From Thermotogota bacterium (GTDB lineage: Bacteria > Bipolaricaulota > Bipolaricaulia > UBA7950 > UBA9294), in assembly GCA_039679545.1 (NCBI GenBank), contig JBDKUT010000015.1:1-47786 (forward strand): a stretch of DNA of 47,786 nt, written 5' to 3'. The notes below the pieces were generated by a model. That model worked only from the letters and a program-made list of their open reading frames with translations, searched no databases and was not told where the DNA came from. The first letter of the stretch is position 1; each line of letters begins with the position of its first letter. The position numbers were made by a program, and so were the translations under genes. Shown here in pieces: positions 18,713 through 28,364 of the stretch.

Positions 18713-19821
18713 TGGTGGCGAAGCCGGCGGGACGATGGCTGGGGCGGGCGGTGCGTCGGGGGACTACACTGGCAAAGCGCGGAACGACGCGCCTTGTCAT
18801 CTTCCTCGTCGATGCGACGTTCCTCGCTTACCTGTTCGTGATGACGTCGTACGTCGTGTCGCGCATCGCCTCAGGAACCGGCACGTACCTGCCGATTCGC
18901 GGGGAGTATCTGATTCTGGGCGCCTTCGGGGCGGCGGTTGCCTGGGGCGCCTTCGGAACCTCGGTCGGGGAGAAGGTGATCCTGTTCCTGAGCGGAGCAT
19001 CCCAGAAGAAAGCTGCAACCGATTCCACGGGCGCCCCGCCGCAACGTCAGCGGTGGTACAAGACCCTGTGGGGGCTGAGTGTCGTTGCCGCCGCCATGGT
19101 GACCCTCGTCGCCGCGACGCTCATCACGCAGGTTGACTTCTCCAGATTGGCCCAGAGCTTGCCCGACACGTGGAAGATGATTCGTCGGCTCGTGCGCCCG
19201 GACGCCGCGATCTTCGGAGAAGTGGTGATGCTGACCATCGTCACGGTCTTCATGGCGCTCATGGCGACGCTGCTGGCAATCCCCGTCGCCGTCGTCCTGA
19301 GCTTCTTCGCGGCGCGGAACTTGGCCCACGGTCCGGTGGGGAGAACAGCCTACGTCGTCGTTCGGGCCGTGGCAAGCATCGTGCGCTCCATCGAGCCGAT
19401 GATCTGGGCGATCGTCTTCGTGATTTGGGTCCGCATGGGACCGTTCGCTGGCACGCTGGCGCTCTTCGTCTGCTCCATCGCCGACCTGACGAAGCTCTAC
19501 TCCGAACAGCTCGAATCGATCGACCCCGGCCCCGCGGAGGCCATCACCGCCGTGGGCGGGCGTCGCTACCAGGTCCTCCTGTACAGCATCGTGCCGCAGA
19601 TCATCAACCCCTACCTGTCCTTCACGTTGTACCGCTGGGACATCAACGTCCGCATGGGGACTGTGATCGGCATGGTCGGAGGGGGAGGAATCGGGATGCT
19701 CCTCATGCAGTACGTGCGCGTCCTAGCGTGGGAGCAGGTCGGCATGTGCCTGCTCGCCATCATCGTCGTCGTATGGTCGATCGACGCGCTGTCTGCCCGC
19801 CTGCGGGCCCGGCTGAGCTAG
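18712..19821 (+). CDS. phnE: Second phosphonate ABC permease
   Basis: KLYSEQLESIDPGP, YRWDINVRMGTVIGMVGGGGIG; start abuts the stop of the previous gene. Confidence 0.88.
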   Translation: MVAKPAGRWLGRAVRRGTTLAKRGTTRLVIFLVDATFLAYLFVMTSYVVSRIASGTGTYLPIRGEYLILGAFGAAVAWGAFGTSVGEKVILFLSGASQKKAATDSTGAPPQRQRWYKTLWGLSVVAAAMVTLVAATLITQVDFSRLAQSLPDTWKMIRRLVRPDAAIFGEVVMLTIVTVFMALMATLLAIPVAVVLSFFAARNLAHGPVGRTAYVVVRAVASIVRSIEPMIWAIVFVIWVRMGPFAGTLALFVCSIADLTKLYSEQLESIDPGPAEAITAVGGRRYQVLLYSIVPQIINPYLSFTLYRWDINVRMGTVIGMVGGGGIGMLLMQYVRVLAWEQVGMCLLAIIVVVWSIDALSARLRARLS

Positions 19822-20027
19822 CGCCCCGTGATGGATTCCAGGTATGCACGGATCTCGTCGAGGCCGTACGTCGTCTTCATGGCCTTGTAGTCCTCAAGCC
19901 ACGCGGTGTCGATCGTGTCGTCGCGGCGGACCTCGACGTCACGGATTCCGAAGGCGTCGACCATCTTCCGGGCTTCTTCCTCGATCTGACGATCCTTCAC
20001 ACGAAACAGAAACCGTGGAAACTGCAT
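19818..20027 (-). CDS. Small hypothetical protein (69 aa)
   Basis: Strong SD GGAGGAGGG, TATACT box upstream, natural globular composition. Confidence 0.75.
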   Translation of the reverse strand: MQFPRFLFRVKDRQIEEEARKMVDAFGIRDVEVRRDDTIDTAWLEDYKAMKTTYGLDEIRAYLESITGR

Positions 20028-20104
20028 CGTACCCTCCTCCGAGTGAGAGTATAGCCCTCCTGGGGTGTGGCGACAGAGGCGGCGCCGGCCCGCGGAGACA
20101 AGGT

Positions 20105-20133
20105 TTGAAGACGGAGAACCACAATCCTAGAAT
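20105..20133 (+). promoter_or_regulatory. Promoter of pdp, directly before the start codon
   Basis: TTGAAG -17- TAGAAT; ATG 8 nt later with no SD. Confidence 0.6.
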
Positions 20134-20141
20134 GATCCACC

Positions 20142-21461
20142 ATGAACGTTGTCGACATCATCCGCAAGAAGAGAGATGGAGGGGCGCTGTCGAGAGAAGA
20201 GACGGAGTTCTGGGTTTCCGGGATGGTACGAGGGTCCATTCCCGACTACCAAGTGTCCGCGCTTCTGATGGCCCTCTTCCTCCGCGGCTTGAGCGACGAG
20301 GAAACCGCCACGTTGACCGACGCCATGGCGCACTCCGGTTCGATGTTCACAGCGAGTGACCTCGGCGGGTACACCGTGGACAAGCACTCGACCGGGGGCG
20401 TGGGAGACAAGACGACACTTGTCCTCATCCCACTTCTGGCTGCGGCGGGACTCAAGGTGGGGAAGCTCTCGGGACGTGCGCTGGGGCACACCGGCGGAAC
20501 GATCGACAAGCTCGAGTCGATCCCCGGATTCCGCACGGACCTCGACCGAACCCGCTTCCTCGACCTCGTGCGCCGTACCGGGCTTGCCCTCGCCGATCAC
20601 ACGGCCGACATGGTCCCCGCCGATCGCATTCTGTATGAGCTGCGAGACGTCACGGCGACCGTAGACTCGTTGCCGCTCATCGTCGCGTCGATCATGTCGA
20701 AGAAGATCGCCGGTGGGGCGCAGGCCATCGTCATCGACGTCAAGACCGGCTCCGGCGCCTTCCTGCCGCGGCTTGAGGATTCGCGACGCCTCGCGCGAGC
20801 ATTGGTCGCCATCGGAACGAAGCTGGGTCGGAAGATGGCGACCGTCATCACCGACATGTCACAGCCACTCGGACGCACGGTCGGCAACGCGCTCGAGGTG
20901 CGGGAAGCGATCGAGACCCTTCAGGGTCGAGGGCCCGAGGACTTGGCGACTCTATGCTGCGAGCTCGGCGCCGAGCTCCTGGTCTTCTCCGGCCGGTCAC
21001 CAACCCATGGGTCGGCCGTCGCGATGTTGCGGGACTTGCTTGCCAACGGCACGGCCCTCGCGAGATTCCGCGACCTCATCGAGCATCAAGGCGGCGACAT
21101 CCGAGTCCTTGAGAACCCGGAGCTTCTGCCCCAGGCGACGCATTCCGTCTCTGTTTCCGCAAGATCGGCGGGCACCGTGTGTCGCCTCGATGCCCTCTCG
21201 ATCGGTCGCGCGGCCAACGCTCTCGGAGCCGGGCGAACGAAGAAGGACGACGCGATCGATCCGGCTGTCGGAGTCGAGATCCTGAAGAAGATCGGCGAGA
21301 TCGTCAAGAAGGCAGAGGCGCTCGCGACCCTTCACGTGAACGACGAGAAGAACCTTGCCGAGGCGAAGCGCCTGGTCGAGTCAGCCTACGAGATCGATGA
21401 GAGCGGCGCACCGTGCTCGCCTCCGCCGCTCATCCTCGAACGCATCCACGGAGCCGGCTAG
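20142..21461 (+). CDS. pdp: Pyrimidine-nucleoside (thymidine) phosphorylase
   Basis: DIIRKKRDG, DKHSTGGVGDK, SGRALGHTGGTIDKLESIPG, SIMSKK, LGAGR. Confidence 0.96.
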   Translation: MNVVDIIRKKRDGGALSREETEFWVSGMVRGSIPDYQVSALLMALFLRGLSDEETATLTDAMAHSGSMFTASDLGGYTVDKHSTGGVGDKTTLVLIPLLAAAGLKVGKLSGRALGHTGGTIDKLESIPGFRTDLDRTRFLDLVRRTGLALADHTADMVPADRILYELRDVTATVDSLPLIVASIMSKKIAGGAQAIVIDVKTGSGAFLPRLEDSRRLARALVAIGTKLGRKMATVITDMSQPLGRTVGNALEVREAIETLQGRGPEDLATLCCELGAELLVFSGRSPTHGSAVAMLRDLLANGTALARFRDLIEHQGGDIRVLENPELLPQATHSVSVSARSAGTVCRLDALSIGRAANALGAGRTKKDDAIDPAVGVEILKKIGEIVKKAEALATLHVNDEKNLAEAKRLVESAYEIDESGAPCSPPPLILERIHGAG

Positions 21462-21479
21462 CCCCTGCAGAGACCTCCC

Positions 21480-21863
21480 CTACGGCTTCAGCGTGAAAGC
21501 GTCGGGCAGGAGCTCGGCGATCGTCGTACGCACGAAGTCGCCCTTCGGACACCCCATAAGAACCTCAAGGTTTGGCGCGTGCTCGTAGAGGACTTGACGG
21601 CACGCGCCGCACGGGCGGCAGTGGTCGGAGTCGCACGACACGGCGATCTTCACGAAGTCGCGCTTCCCCTCGGAGATCGCCTTGAAGAGCGCAACGCGTT
21701 CGGCGCACAGCGAGAGCCCGTTCACGGAACTCTCGACGTTGACGCCTGTGACGACGGTCCCGTCAGCGCACAAGAGCGCCGCTCCCACCGGGAACTTCGA
21801 GTACGGGGCGTACGCCCGGCGACGGGCCTCGTTCGCGAGTCTGAGAAGCTCTCGGTCGTCCAT
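21480..21863 (-). CDS. cdd: Cytidine deaminase (homotetrameric type)
   Basis: AYAPYSKFPVGAA, CAERVA, PCGACRQ, ELLP. Confidence 0.95.
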   Translation of the reverse strand: MDDRELLRLANEARRRAYAPYSKFPVGAALLCADGTVVTGVNVESSVNGLSLCAERVALFKAISEGKRDFVKIAVSCDSDHCRPCGACRQVLYEHAPNLEVLMGCPKGDFVRTTIAELLPDAFTLKP

Positions 21864-22711
21864 CAGAACCGGATCACCATCCCAAGGGCGCCGGCCAACT
21901 CGCCGACGTGGAGATTCCACCAGCCGGTCGCCTGGCCGATGGGGAGAACGAAGCGTCCCTCGGCGTACAGACGGAGGAACGGCAGTCCGACTTCAAATCC
22001 GATCCCCGCATGAAGGCCGAAGGCGCTCCACGAGATCTCATCAAGGTGGAGCGCTTCAAGTGCCGCGTTGACACCGTCGTCCCACCCCTCCGGAACGTCG
22101 ACCTCCACGGAGGGCGTGACCGATCCCCAAAGGACGTCCGCTCCAAGGAAGACGTCGGCTCCGAGGAAGACAAGATCGAATGTCTTGACCGCGTCGACGG
22201 AGATCATCCATGTCGAGAAGGCAAGATCCGCCGCAAGAGACGCCGTGTCGTCGCCGATGTCAACGGTCTCGTTGACAAGAGGCTCGGGAATCTCAATCCC
22301 CGCCACACCGCTTGCCACACCGCGGACAAACCGATCGTCGAGAAATCCGACGGAGAGCCGAACGCCGTCGATCACGACCCACGGGAGGGGAATCTCGACG
22401 CCGAGCGCGAGGAGGGGAACCGGCACAAGGGCGGGAAGATCCGCCAGCGCGGCCTCAATGTCAGCAATCGTCGCGTCGACGTCCGCCGAAGCCTGTGCCA
22501 GATCTTCCTCCGGAACTCCCTGATCGGAGAGCATGGCCTCGATCTCGCCGAAAGCGGCTGAAAGAGCAACCGGAACCCGAGCCCAGGTTCCGGTCAGGTC
22601 AAGTGTGTACGCTTCGAGACCGAGGTAGACCCCACCCGCGTGAACGACCGCACTTGCGGCACAAAGGCCAAACAAGACTGCCGCCGTTGCGAGTGCGGTC
22701 CGGTGGATCAC
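21863..22711 (-). CDS. Secreted hypothetical protein, beta-barrel-like with acidic helical insertions
   Basis: Signal peptide, amphipathic strands, C-terminal MVIRF; GTGA overlap with the upstream gene. Confidence 0.65.
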   Translation of the reverse strand: MIHRTALATAAVLFGLCAASAVVHAGGVYLGLEAYTLDLTGTWARVPVALSAAFGEIEAMLSDQGVPEEDLAQASADVDATIADIEAALADLPALVPVPLLALGVEIPLPWVVIDGVRLSVGFLDDRFVRGVASGVAGIEIPEPLVNETVDIGDDTASLAADLAFSTWMISVDAVKTFDLVFLGADVFLGADVLWGSVTPSVEVDVPEGWDDGVNAALEALHLDEISWSAFGLHAGIGFEVGLPFLRLYAEGRFVLPIGQATGWWNLHVGELAGALGMVIRF

Positions 22712-24333
22712 CGTTTGTCCCACCCCTCCCATTCTTTCCTCTTCAGTTCGGCACGCTTGATCTTGCCGCTCGCCGTCTTCGGAAGCTCGGTCACATACTC
22801 GATCGCGCGCGGGTACTTGTACGGCGCCGTGACTTTCTTCACGTGGTCCTGCAGCTCCTTCGTGAGCGCGTCGGACGGCGAGTACCCCTTGGCCAGGATA
22901 ATGAACGCCTTGACGATCTCGCCGCGCTCGCGATGCGGAGCCGCTACGGCGGCCGCCTCGACGACGGCCGGGTGGCTGACGAGCGCATCCTCAACCTCGA
23001 ACGGCCCGATGCGGTATCCTGACGTCAACATCACGTCGTCGGCGCGACCCTCGAAAAAGAGGTACCCATCCTTGTCGGCCTTGGCGAGGTCGCCGGTCCG
23101 ATACCAGCCTCCCGAGAAGACGTCCTTGTCGAGCTCGGGCGCCTTCCAGTACCCGTCGAAAATCGCGGGGTTGCCGGGCTTGAGAGCAATCTCGCCAACC
23201 TCGCCTTGCTTCACGGGGGCACCGTTCTCGTCAATCAAGACGACGCCGGGGCCCGGCGTCGGAAGGCCCATGGCCCCAGGCTTCACCGGCATCCCGGGCA
23301 AATTGCAGACCAGGCAGACGCTCTCGGTCTGGCCATAGCCATCCCGAATGGTCACGCCGAACGCTCGCTTGAACGCTTCGATGGGCTCGACGTTGAGCGG
23401 TTCTCCGGCCGAGAGCGCGTCCTTCAAATAGATCTTGTGCCTTCCCATGTCGGGAACCTGCGCGAACAGCCGGTATTCGGTCGGCGTGCAGCAAAGCTTC
23501 GTGACCTTGTACTTCGTGAGAAGCTCGAGGTACCGCTCCCCGTCGAAGCGTCCGTTGTAGATGAGTTGCGTGGCGCCGGTCGTCAGGGAAACACCGACCG
23601 GACTCCAATACCACTTCGCCCACCCCGGCGCGGTCGTGGCCCAGACGACGTCCGACTCGCTGGCGTCGTACCAGTACTGCGCCGTAATGCGGTTGTGGCA
23701 GTACATCCAGTGGTGTTTGTGCACGACGGGCTTCGGGTTCCCGGTCGTCCCCGACGTGAAGTTGATCGTCATCGGATCCTCGGCGACCAGCGGCACCTTC
23801 TTGACGTTCGGGCTGCCGGACGCAACAAGGTCCTCGAACCGCAGCCACCCCTTCCGCGGCTCGCTCGAGCCGATCAGGATGAACGTCTGGAGAGGACCCT
23901 GGCCTCTTACGGAATCCACGATCCCGGCTGTCGAGGTTTCGGCCACGATCACCTTCGCCCCGGCCGCCTGGGAGCGGAAGAGGATCTCCTTCTCCTTCAG
24001 CATCTCCGAGCACGGCACGGCGACGCCGCCGGCGACAAACGTCCCGAGCTGAGCGATGTGGGCTTCGGGGATCCGTGGAAGGATGTGCAGGATCGGCTCG
24101 TTCTTCTTCACGCCGAGCCGCATGAGGGAGTCTCCGAAGCGGTACATCCCGTCCACGAGCTCGCCGTAGGTCATCTTCCTCGCGTTCCCTTCGGCGTCTT
24201 CCCACAAGATGGCGAGCTTGTTCGGGTTTTTCTTCGCATGCCCCTCTACGACATCGACGATGTTGTAGTTCGCAGGGACGTTCCAGATGAAGTCCCTGAC
24301 TTCCTTCTCGTACCTGGCCCTGTCGTAACGCAT
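22708..24333 (-). CDS. Acyl-CoA synthetase (AMP-forming, short/medium-chain type)
   Basis: FTSGTTGNPK, YGQTE, YRTGD, GRADD..SGYRIGPFEVE, LPKTASGKI. Confidence 0.93.
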   Translation of the reverse strand: MRYDRARYEKEVRDFIWNVPANYNIVDVVEGHAKKNPNKLAILWEDAEGNARKMTYGELVDGMYRFGDSLMRLGVKKNEPILHILPRIPEAHIAQLGTFVAGGVAVPCSEMLKEKEILFRSQAAGAKVIVAETSTAGIVDSVRGQGPLQTFILIGSSEPRKGWLRFEDLVASGSPNVKKVPLVAEDPMTINFTSGTTGNPKPVVHKHHWMYCHNRITAQYWYDASESDVVWATTAPGWAKWYWSPVGVSLTTGATQLIYNGRFDGERYLELLTKYKVTKLCCTPTEYRLFAQVPDMGRHKIYLKDALSAGEPLNVEPIEAFKRAFGVTIRDGYGQTESVCLVCNLPGMPVKPGAMGLPTPGPGVVLIDENGAPVKQGEVGEIALKPGNPAIFDGYWKAPELDKDVFSGGWYRTGDLAKADKDGYLFFEGRADDVMLTSGYRIGPFEVEDALVSHPAVVEAAAVAAPHRERGEIVKAFIILAKGYSPSDALTKELQDHVKKVTAPYKYPRAIEYVTELPKTASGKIKRAELKRKEWEGWDKR

Positions 24334-24424
24334 CGAGATGACCACCTTGTCCGTCCGTGGTTTTGCTTTGACGCGGTGAACCTTATAGCATATTCGTAAA
24401 CCCTTTCGCAAACAGGAGATCCCG

Positions 24425-25180
24425 ATGAACGCATCGGTCGTGTTGTCTGCCGCGGCCTCCAAACGCCTCATTGCGCGCGGTGTCGCCGCGCACCCGAGCG
24501 TGGAACGCGCGATGCGCACCGGACGCATCGTGATCGGTCGCGGCACGACGAATGCTTTCGTGGCCGAAGAGCTGTTGGGCGCACCGATCGACCGCGGCGC
24601 GTACGCCGCGGGGTTCATCGACGCCCGATGGAACATCAACCAGCGCGTTGGCGACACGGCGGAGATCATTCTTGAGCGCGGCCACCTGTTCACCGGAGCT
24701 CCCGATCGAGCTCTTGCTGCGCTCGGTGCCGGGGACGTCGTGATCAAGGGGGGTAACGCCCTCGACTCGTGGGGCGTCGTCGGTGTTCTCTTGGCTTCGG
24801 ACAGCGGAGGCACCGTCGGACGCTACATCCCCTCCGCGGTGGCTCGCGGGGTCGACATCGTGATCCCGATCAGCCTGTCGAAGTCGATTCACTCATCGGT
24901 CGTCGACCTGTCTCAGGAGATGGGGGCCGGCCGGACCGCCCTCCATGTGGGGCTCGCGTGCGGCTTCTTCCCCCTCCACGGGCAGGTCGTGACGGAGATC
25001 GAGGCGATGCGGCTCTTGGCGGACGTGAACGCGATCCACGTCGCATCGAACGGCGTGGGGGTCGGCCACGGGAGCGTTTCGCTCTTCCTCTCTGGGGACG
25101 ACGACGACGTGAAGCGGGCGTTCGCCATCGCCGAGGAGCTGGCCGACGAAGTGGACGTGGAGCTCACCGGCGGGGCATGA
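24425..25180 (+). CDS. Hypothetical alpha/beta protein (possibly NagB/RpiA/CoA-transferase-like fold)
   Basis: SD AGGAGA; SKRLIARG, GTTNAFVAEEL, IKGGNALD, GGTVG; the fold is an inference. Confidence 0.7.
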   Translation: MNASVVLSAAASKRLIARGVAAHPSVERAMRTGRIVIGRGTTNAFVAEELLGAPIDRGAYAAGFIDARWNINQRVGDTAEIILERGHLFTGAPDRALAALGAGDVVIKGGNALDSWGVVGVLLASDSGGTVGRYIPSAVARGVDIVIPISLSKSIHSSVVDLSQEMGAGRTALHVGLACGFFPLHGQVVTEIEAMRLLADVNAIHVASNGVGVGHGSVSLFLSGDDDDVKRAFAIAEELADEVDVELTGGA

Positions 25181-25788
25181 AGGACGCGTTCCGAACCCTG
25201 GCTACTTCAGCCTCGGCGAAACTGGTCCGGCAGCGCTCTCGCTTCATCGCTCTTCTTGAGCCGATCACAAGCGTCGACGCCGTCCACTCTCGGCTGTCCC
25301 AGATCCGAAGGGTGTACCACGACGCGTCGCACTGCTGTTCGGCATTTCGTCTCGTCGCGGACCCGGCTCCGCTTCAGGCCTCCGATGATGACGGAGAGCC
25401 CACCGGGTCGGCGGGGGCCCCGATCCTCTTGCAGCTCGAAGGCGCCCGCCTGGAGAACGTCCTCGCGGTCGTCGTTCGCTATTTCGGGGGTGTGAAACTG
25501 GGCGTCGGCGGTCTTGCTCGCGCCTACTCCGATGTCATCGCCACGGCCCTCGCGAGCGCCTCGATCGTCGAGCGTGCCCTTGCGATCGAACTTGTCGTCC
25601 GGTTTCCCCTCGAGGCGAATGCCGGAGTGATGGGCGCCATCTACCATCACGAAGCGAAGATCCTCGACATCCGCTACGATACCGAGGGCCAGGCCATTGT
25701 CACTGTGGCTCCGAGCCGCGTGGAAGCGTTTTGCCGCTCCGTGACGGAGGGAACAGGAGCGCGAGCCCAGGTGGAGGTGACGTCGTGA
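25177..25788 (+). CDS. yigZ: YigZ/IMPACT family protein
   Basis: SRFIA, DASHCC, SDDDGEPTGSAG, VVVRYFGGVKLGVGGL. Confidence 0.92.
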   Translation: MKDAFRTLATSASAKLVRQRSRFIALLEPITSVDAVHSRLSQIRRVYHDASHCCSAFRLVADPAPLQASDDDGEPTGSAGAPILLQLEGARLENVLAVVVRYFGGVKLGVGGLARAYSDVIATALASASIVERALAIELVVRFPLEANAGVMGAIYHHEAKILDIRYDTEGQAIVTVAPSRVEAFCRSVTEGTGARAQVEVTS

Positions 25789-26375
25789 TCGACTCAGTCA
25801 GCGGGGACGTCGTCCGTAAGGGAACCGACTACGTCGTGGTCGACGTAGGGGGAGTCGCTTACCAGGCCTCCTGCTCAGCGGACACGGTTCGTGGATGCAC
25901 GGTCGGCCATCCCGCGTTCCTCTACATCCATCTGGTGCTGCGCGAGGACACGATCCAGCTGTTCGGGTTCTCGACACTCCGGGAGAGGGAGCTCTTCCGC
26001 CTTCTCCTGACGGTGGGGCAGGTTGGACCAAAGCTCGCCATTCAGATCCTGTCGACACTTCCTCCTCAGGAGCTCGTGGCGGCGATCGCGGGACGCGACA
26101 TCGAGCGTTTGACAAGCGTAAAGGGCGTCGGCCAGAAAACCGCGGAACGGATCCTCGTCGACCTGCGCGACAAGATCGCTGGTCCCGGAGACGACAGCGT
26201 CGACACGTTCCTCCTCAACTCCGATGAGGAAACCGCGCTTCGCGCTCTGACCTCCCGGTCTCTTGGATTCTCCGCACGGGAAGCACGAGAAGCCCTCGGT
26301 CGTCTCCGCAGCGAGCGTCTGCCGGCCGAGGCCCTCGTCCGACGAGCCCTGGAGATCCTGGGAACACGATCATGA
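25785..26375 (+). CDS. ruvA: Holliday junction branch migration protein RuvA
   Basis: VVDVGGVAY, REDTIQLFGF, VGPKLA, VKGVGQKTAERILVDL. Confidence 0.94.
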   Translation: MIDSVSGDVVRKGTDYVVVDVGGVAYQASCSADTVRGCTVGHPAFLYIHLVLREDTIQLFGFSTLRERELFRLLLTVGQVGPKLAIQILSTLPPQELVAAIAGRDIERLTSVKGVGQKTAERILVDLRDKIAGPGDDSVDTFLLNSDEETALRALTSRSLGFSAREAREALGRLRSERLPAEALVRRALEILGTRS

Positions 26376-26797
26376 GAGTTCTCGGCATCGACTACGGCCG
26401 CAAGCGCATCGGACTCGCTCGCAGTGACGAGAGCGGCCTTCTCGCAAGCCCCCTTCCGGTCTACACGCGAAGCGGACGAATTGCGGACGACCTGGATCGG
26501 CTTGTTCGCCTCATCGGCGAACAGGAGGTGGTAAGGATTGTGATCGGATGGCCGCTTCACATGGACGGCGCGGAAGGCGAGATGGCCGGAGAAGTTCGCG
26601 CGCTCGCCCGGGAACTGCACGCTCGAACGGGACTGCCCGTGGAGTTGTTCGATGAGCGGTGGACGTCGATTCAGGCCGAAAACGTCCTGATCGCCAGCGA
26701 CGTGCCGCGCCGTCGCAGACGGAATCTGCGCGACGGCCTAGCCGCAACGCTCATCCTGCAGGGATTCCTCGACCGAGAACAAGCGGCCGGTTGTTAG
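26372..26797 (+). CDS. ruvX: YqgF/RuvX family nuclease
   Basis: LGIDYGRKRIGLA, IGWP, DERWTS, AATLILQ. Confidence 0.94.
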   Translation: MRVLGIDYGRKRIGLARSDESGLLASPLPVYTRSGRIADDLDRLVRLIGEQEVVRIVIGWPLHMDGAEGEMAGEVRALARELHARTGLPVELFDERWTSIQAENVLIASDVPRRRRRNLRDGLAATLILQGFLDREQAAGC

Positions 26798-26967
26798 TTC
26801 TTCCGCTTCTCTTCCCGCTCCAGGTACTCAATGATCGCTTCGACAACCAAGTAGTTCACCGAGCGATCCTTCATCTCAGCCAGCTTCATCAGCCGCTCGA
26901 CGGGACGTTGCTCCATCTTGTTCTTGGGTACGTAGATCGAGATCTTGTCTAGCAATTGCTTGGGCAC
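26794..26967 (-). CDS. Small ribbon-helix-helix DNA-binding protein
   Basis: KISIYVP strand then ERLMKLAEMKDRSVNYLVVEAIIEYL; SD GAGGGGGG before GTG 26967. Confidence 0.8.
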   Translation of the reverse strand: MPKQLLDKISIYVPKNKMEQRPVERLMKLAEMKDRSVNYLVVEAIIEYLEREEKRKN

Positions 26968-27055
26968 GGAGACTCCCCCCTCTTTCGACAATTTCCAGGG
27001 GGTATTGTAACAGCATTAGCTAGGAATGGCAACCCTCCGACACAGCAGGTCTCGA

Positions 27056-28151
27056 TTACCGGTAACCGGGCGCCGACGCCTGAAGATAGGCTTCCACAAA
27101 AGGCACCAAGTTCCCGTCGAGGACATCGTCGACGTTGCCCGTTTCCACCAGAGTCCGATGATCCTTGGCCAGGCGGTAGGGGTGGAGAACGTAGGAACGA
27201 ATCTGGCTTCCCCATTCGTTCTCCTTTCGCTCTCCCTGAAGCTGGTCCAGCTTCTCGGCGCGCTCCTGGGCAAGCCTCTCGACAAGATGAGCGGTCAGGA
27301 TCCGCATGGCCGTCTCCTTGTTCTGATGCTGGCTACGCTCGTTCTGGCAGGATGCGACGATCCCCGTAGGAAGATGGGTTATCCGCACGGCGGAGTCAGT
27401 GACGTTGACATGCTGTCCGCCCGCCCCCGACGAACGATACGTGTCGATCCGAAGATCCTTGGGGTCGATCTCCAGCGCCACTTCCTCGATCTCCGGAACG
27501 ACGGACACCGCGGCGAACGAGGTGTGACGTCGGTGCGCGGCGTCGTACGGAGAAAGTCGGACCAGACGATGCACGCCGGCTTCTCCCTTCAGGTTGCCGT
27601 ACGCGTACTTCCCTTTCACCTCAAGCGTCGCGCTGCGGATCCCGGCGGTGTCTCCGGCACTTACTTCGAGCAGCGCCGCGGAGAAACCCATTCGCTCGCA
27701 GAAGCGACCATACATGCGCAGGAGCATCTCGGCCCAGTCCTGGGAGTCCGTTCCCCCAGCACCCGCGTTGATCGACAGGTAGCAGTCCGACGCGTCGTGC
27801 TCCCCCGAGAACATGAGCTCGATCCGAAACCTCCGCAGCGTTGCGTCAAGCGCTGCGGCACGCCGTTCCAGCGAGCCAAGTTCAACCTCATCCCCGGCCT
27901 CGACCGCCATGGAGTGAAGGACTTCAATCTCGTCGAACTCCTGCTCCGCCGCGCGGAGCCGCATAAGCAGGCCCCGCTGGCGCTCAAGGGAGCGCGCCGC
28001 TTCGGCCGACGCCTCGCGGTGCTCCCAGAAGCCGGGTTCGGACATCCTCGCTTCCAGCGAGGCAATCTCACGCTCGAGCGCGGGACGGTCAAAGATGCTC
28101 ACCGATCTTCGAGAGATCGTGTCGTAGATTGGCGATGATCTCCTGATCCAT
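27056..28151 (-). CDS. prfB: Peptide chain release factor 2 with programmed +1 frameshift
   Basis: Frame 1 [20 protein letters not shown] (28151-28092), then CTT TGA C; body has [28 protein letters not shown]. Confidence 0.96.
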
Positions 28152-28364
28152 GATCCATGATCCTCCCGAACGGAAGCCAGACTGGAACAAGACGTTTATA
28201 AGCCTGATGGCGAGTTTCCTCAAGGTCCACCAGCGCCCCGCTCACGGAACGGATTCCACCGAGCCGGCGGCAAGCCGAGGTTTTGTCCCAGAGTCTTGAT
28301 CGTGGAAGATGGATGAGTGTGGCATCGCGGAGTTAAGGTTCAAGTCGACGAGGAGGGCGGATTC

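Noticed and set aside
25785..26797. ruvA without ruvB/ruvC as a novelty
   Set aside because: Split ruv loci are common, and the rest of the genome is not visible.
27056..28151. prfB as a pseudogene
   Set aside because: The in-frame TGA sits in the conserved CTT TGA C programmed-frameshift site.
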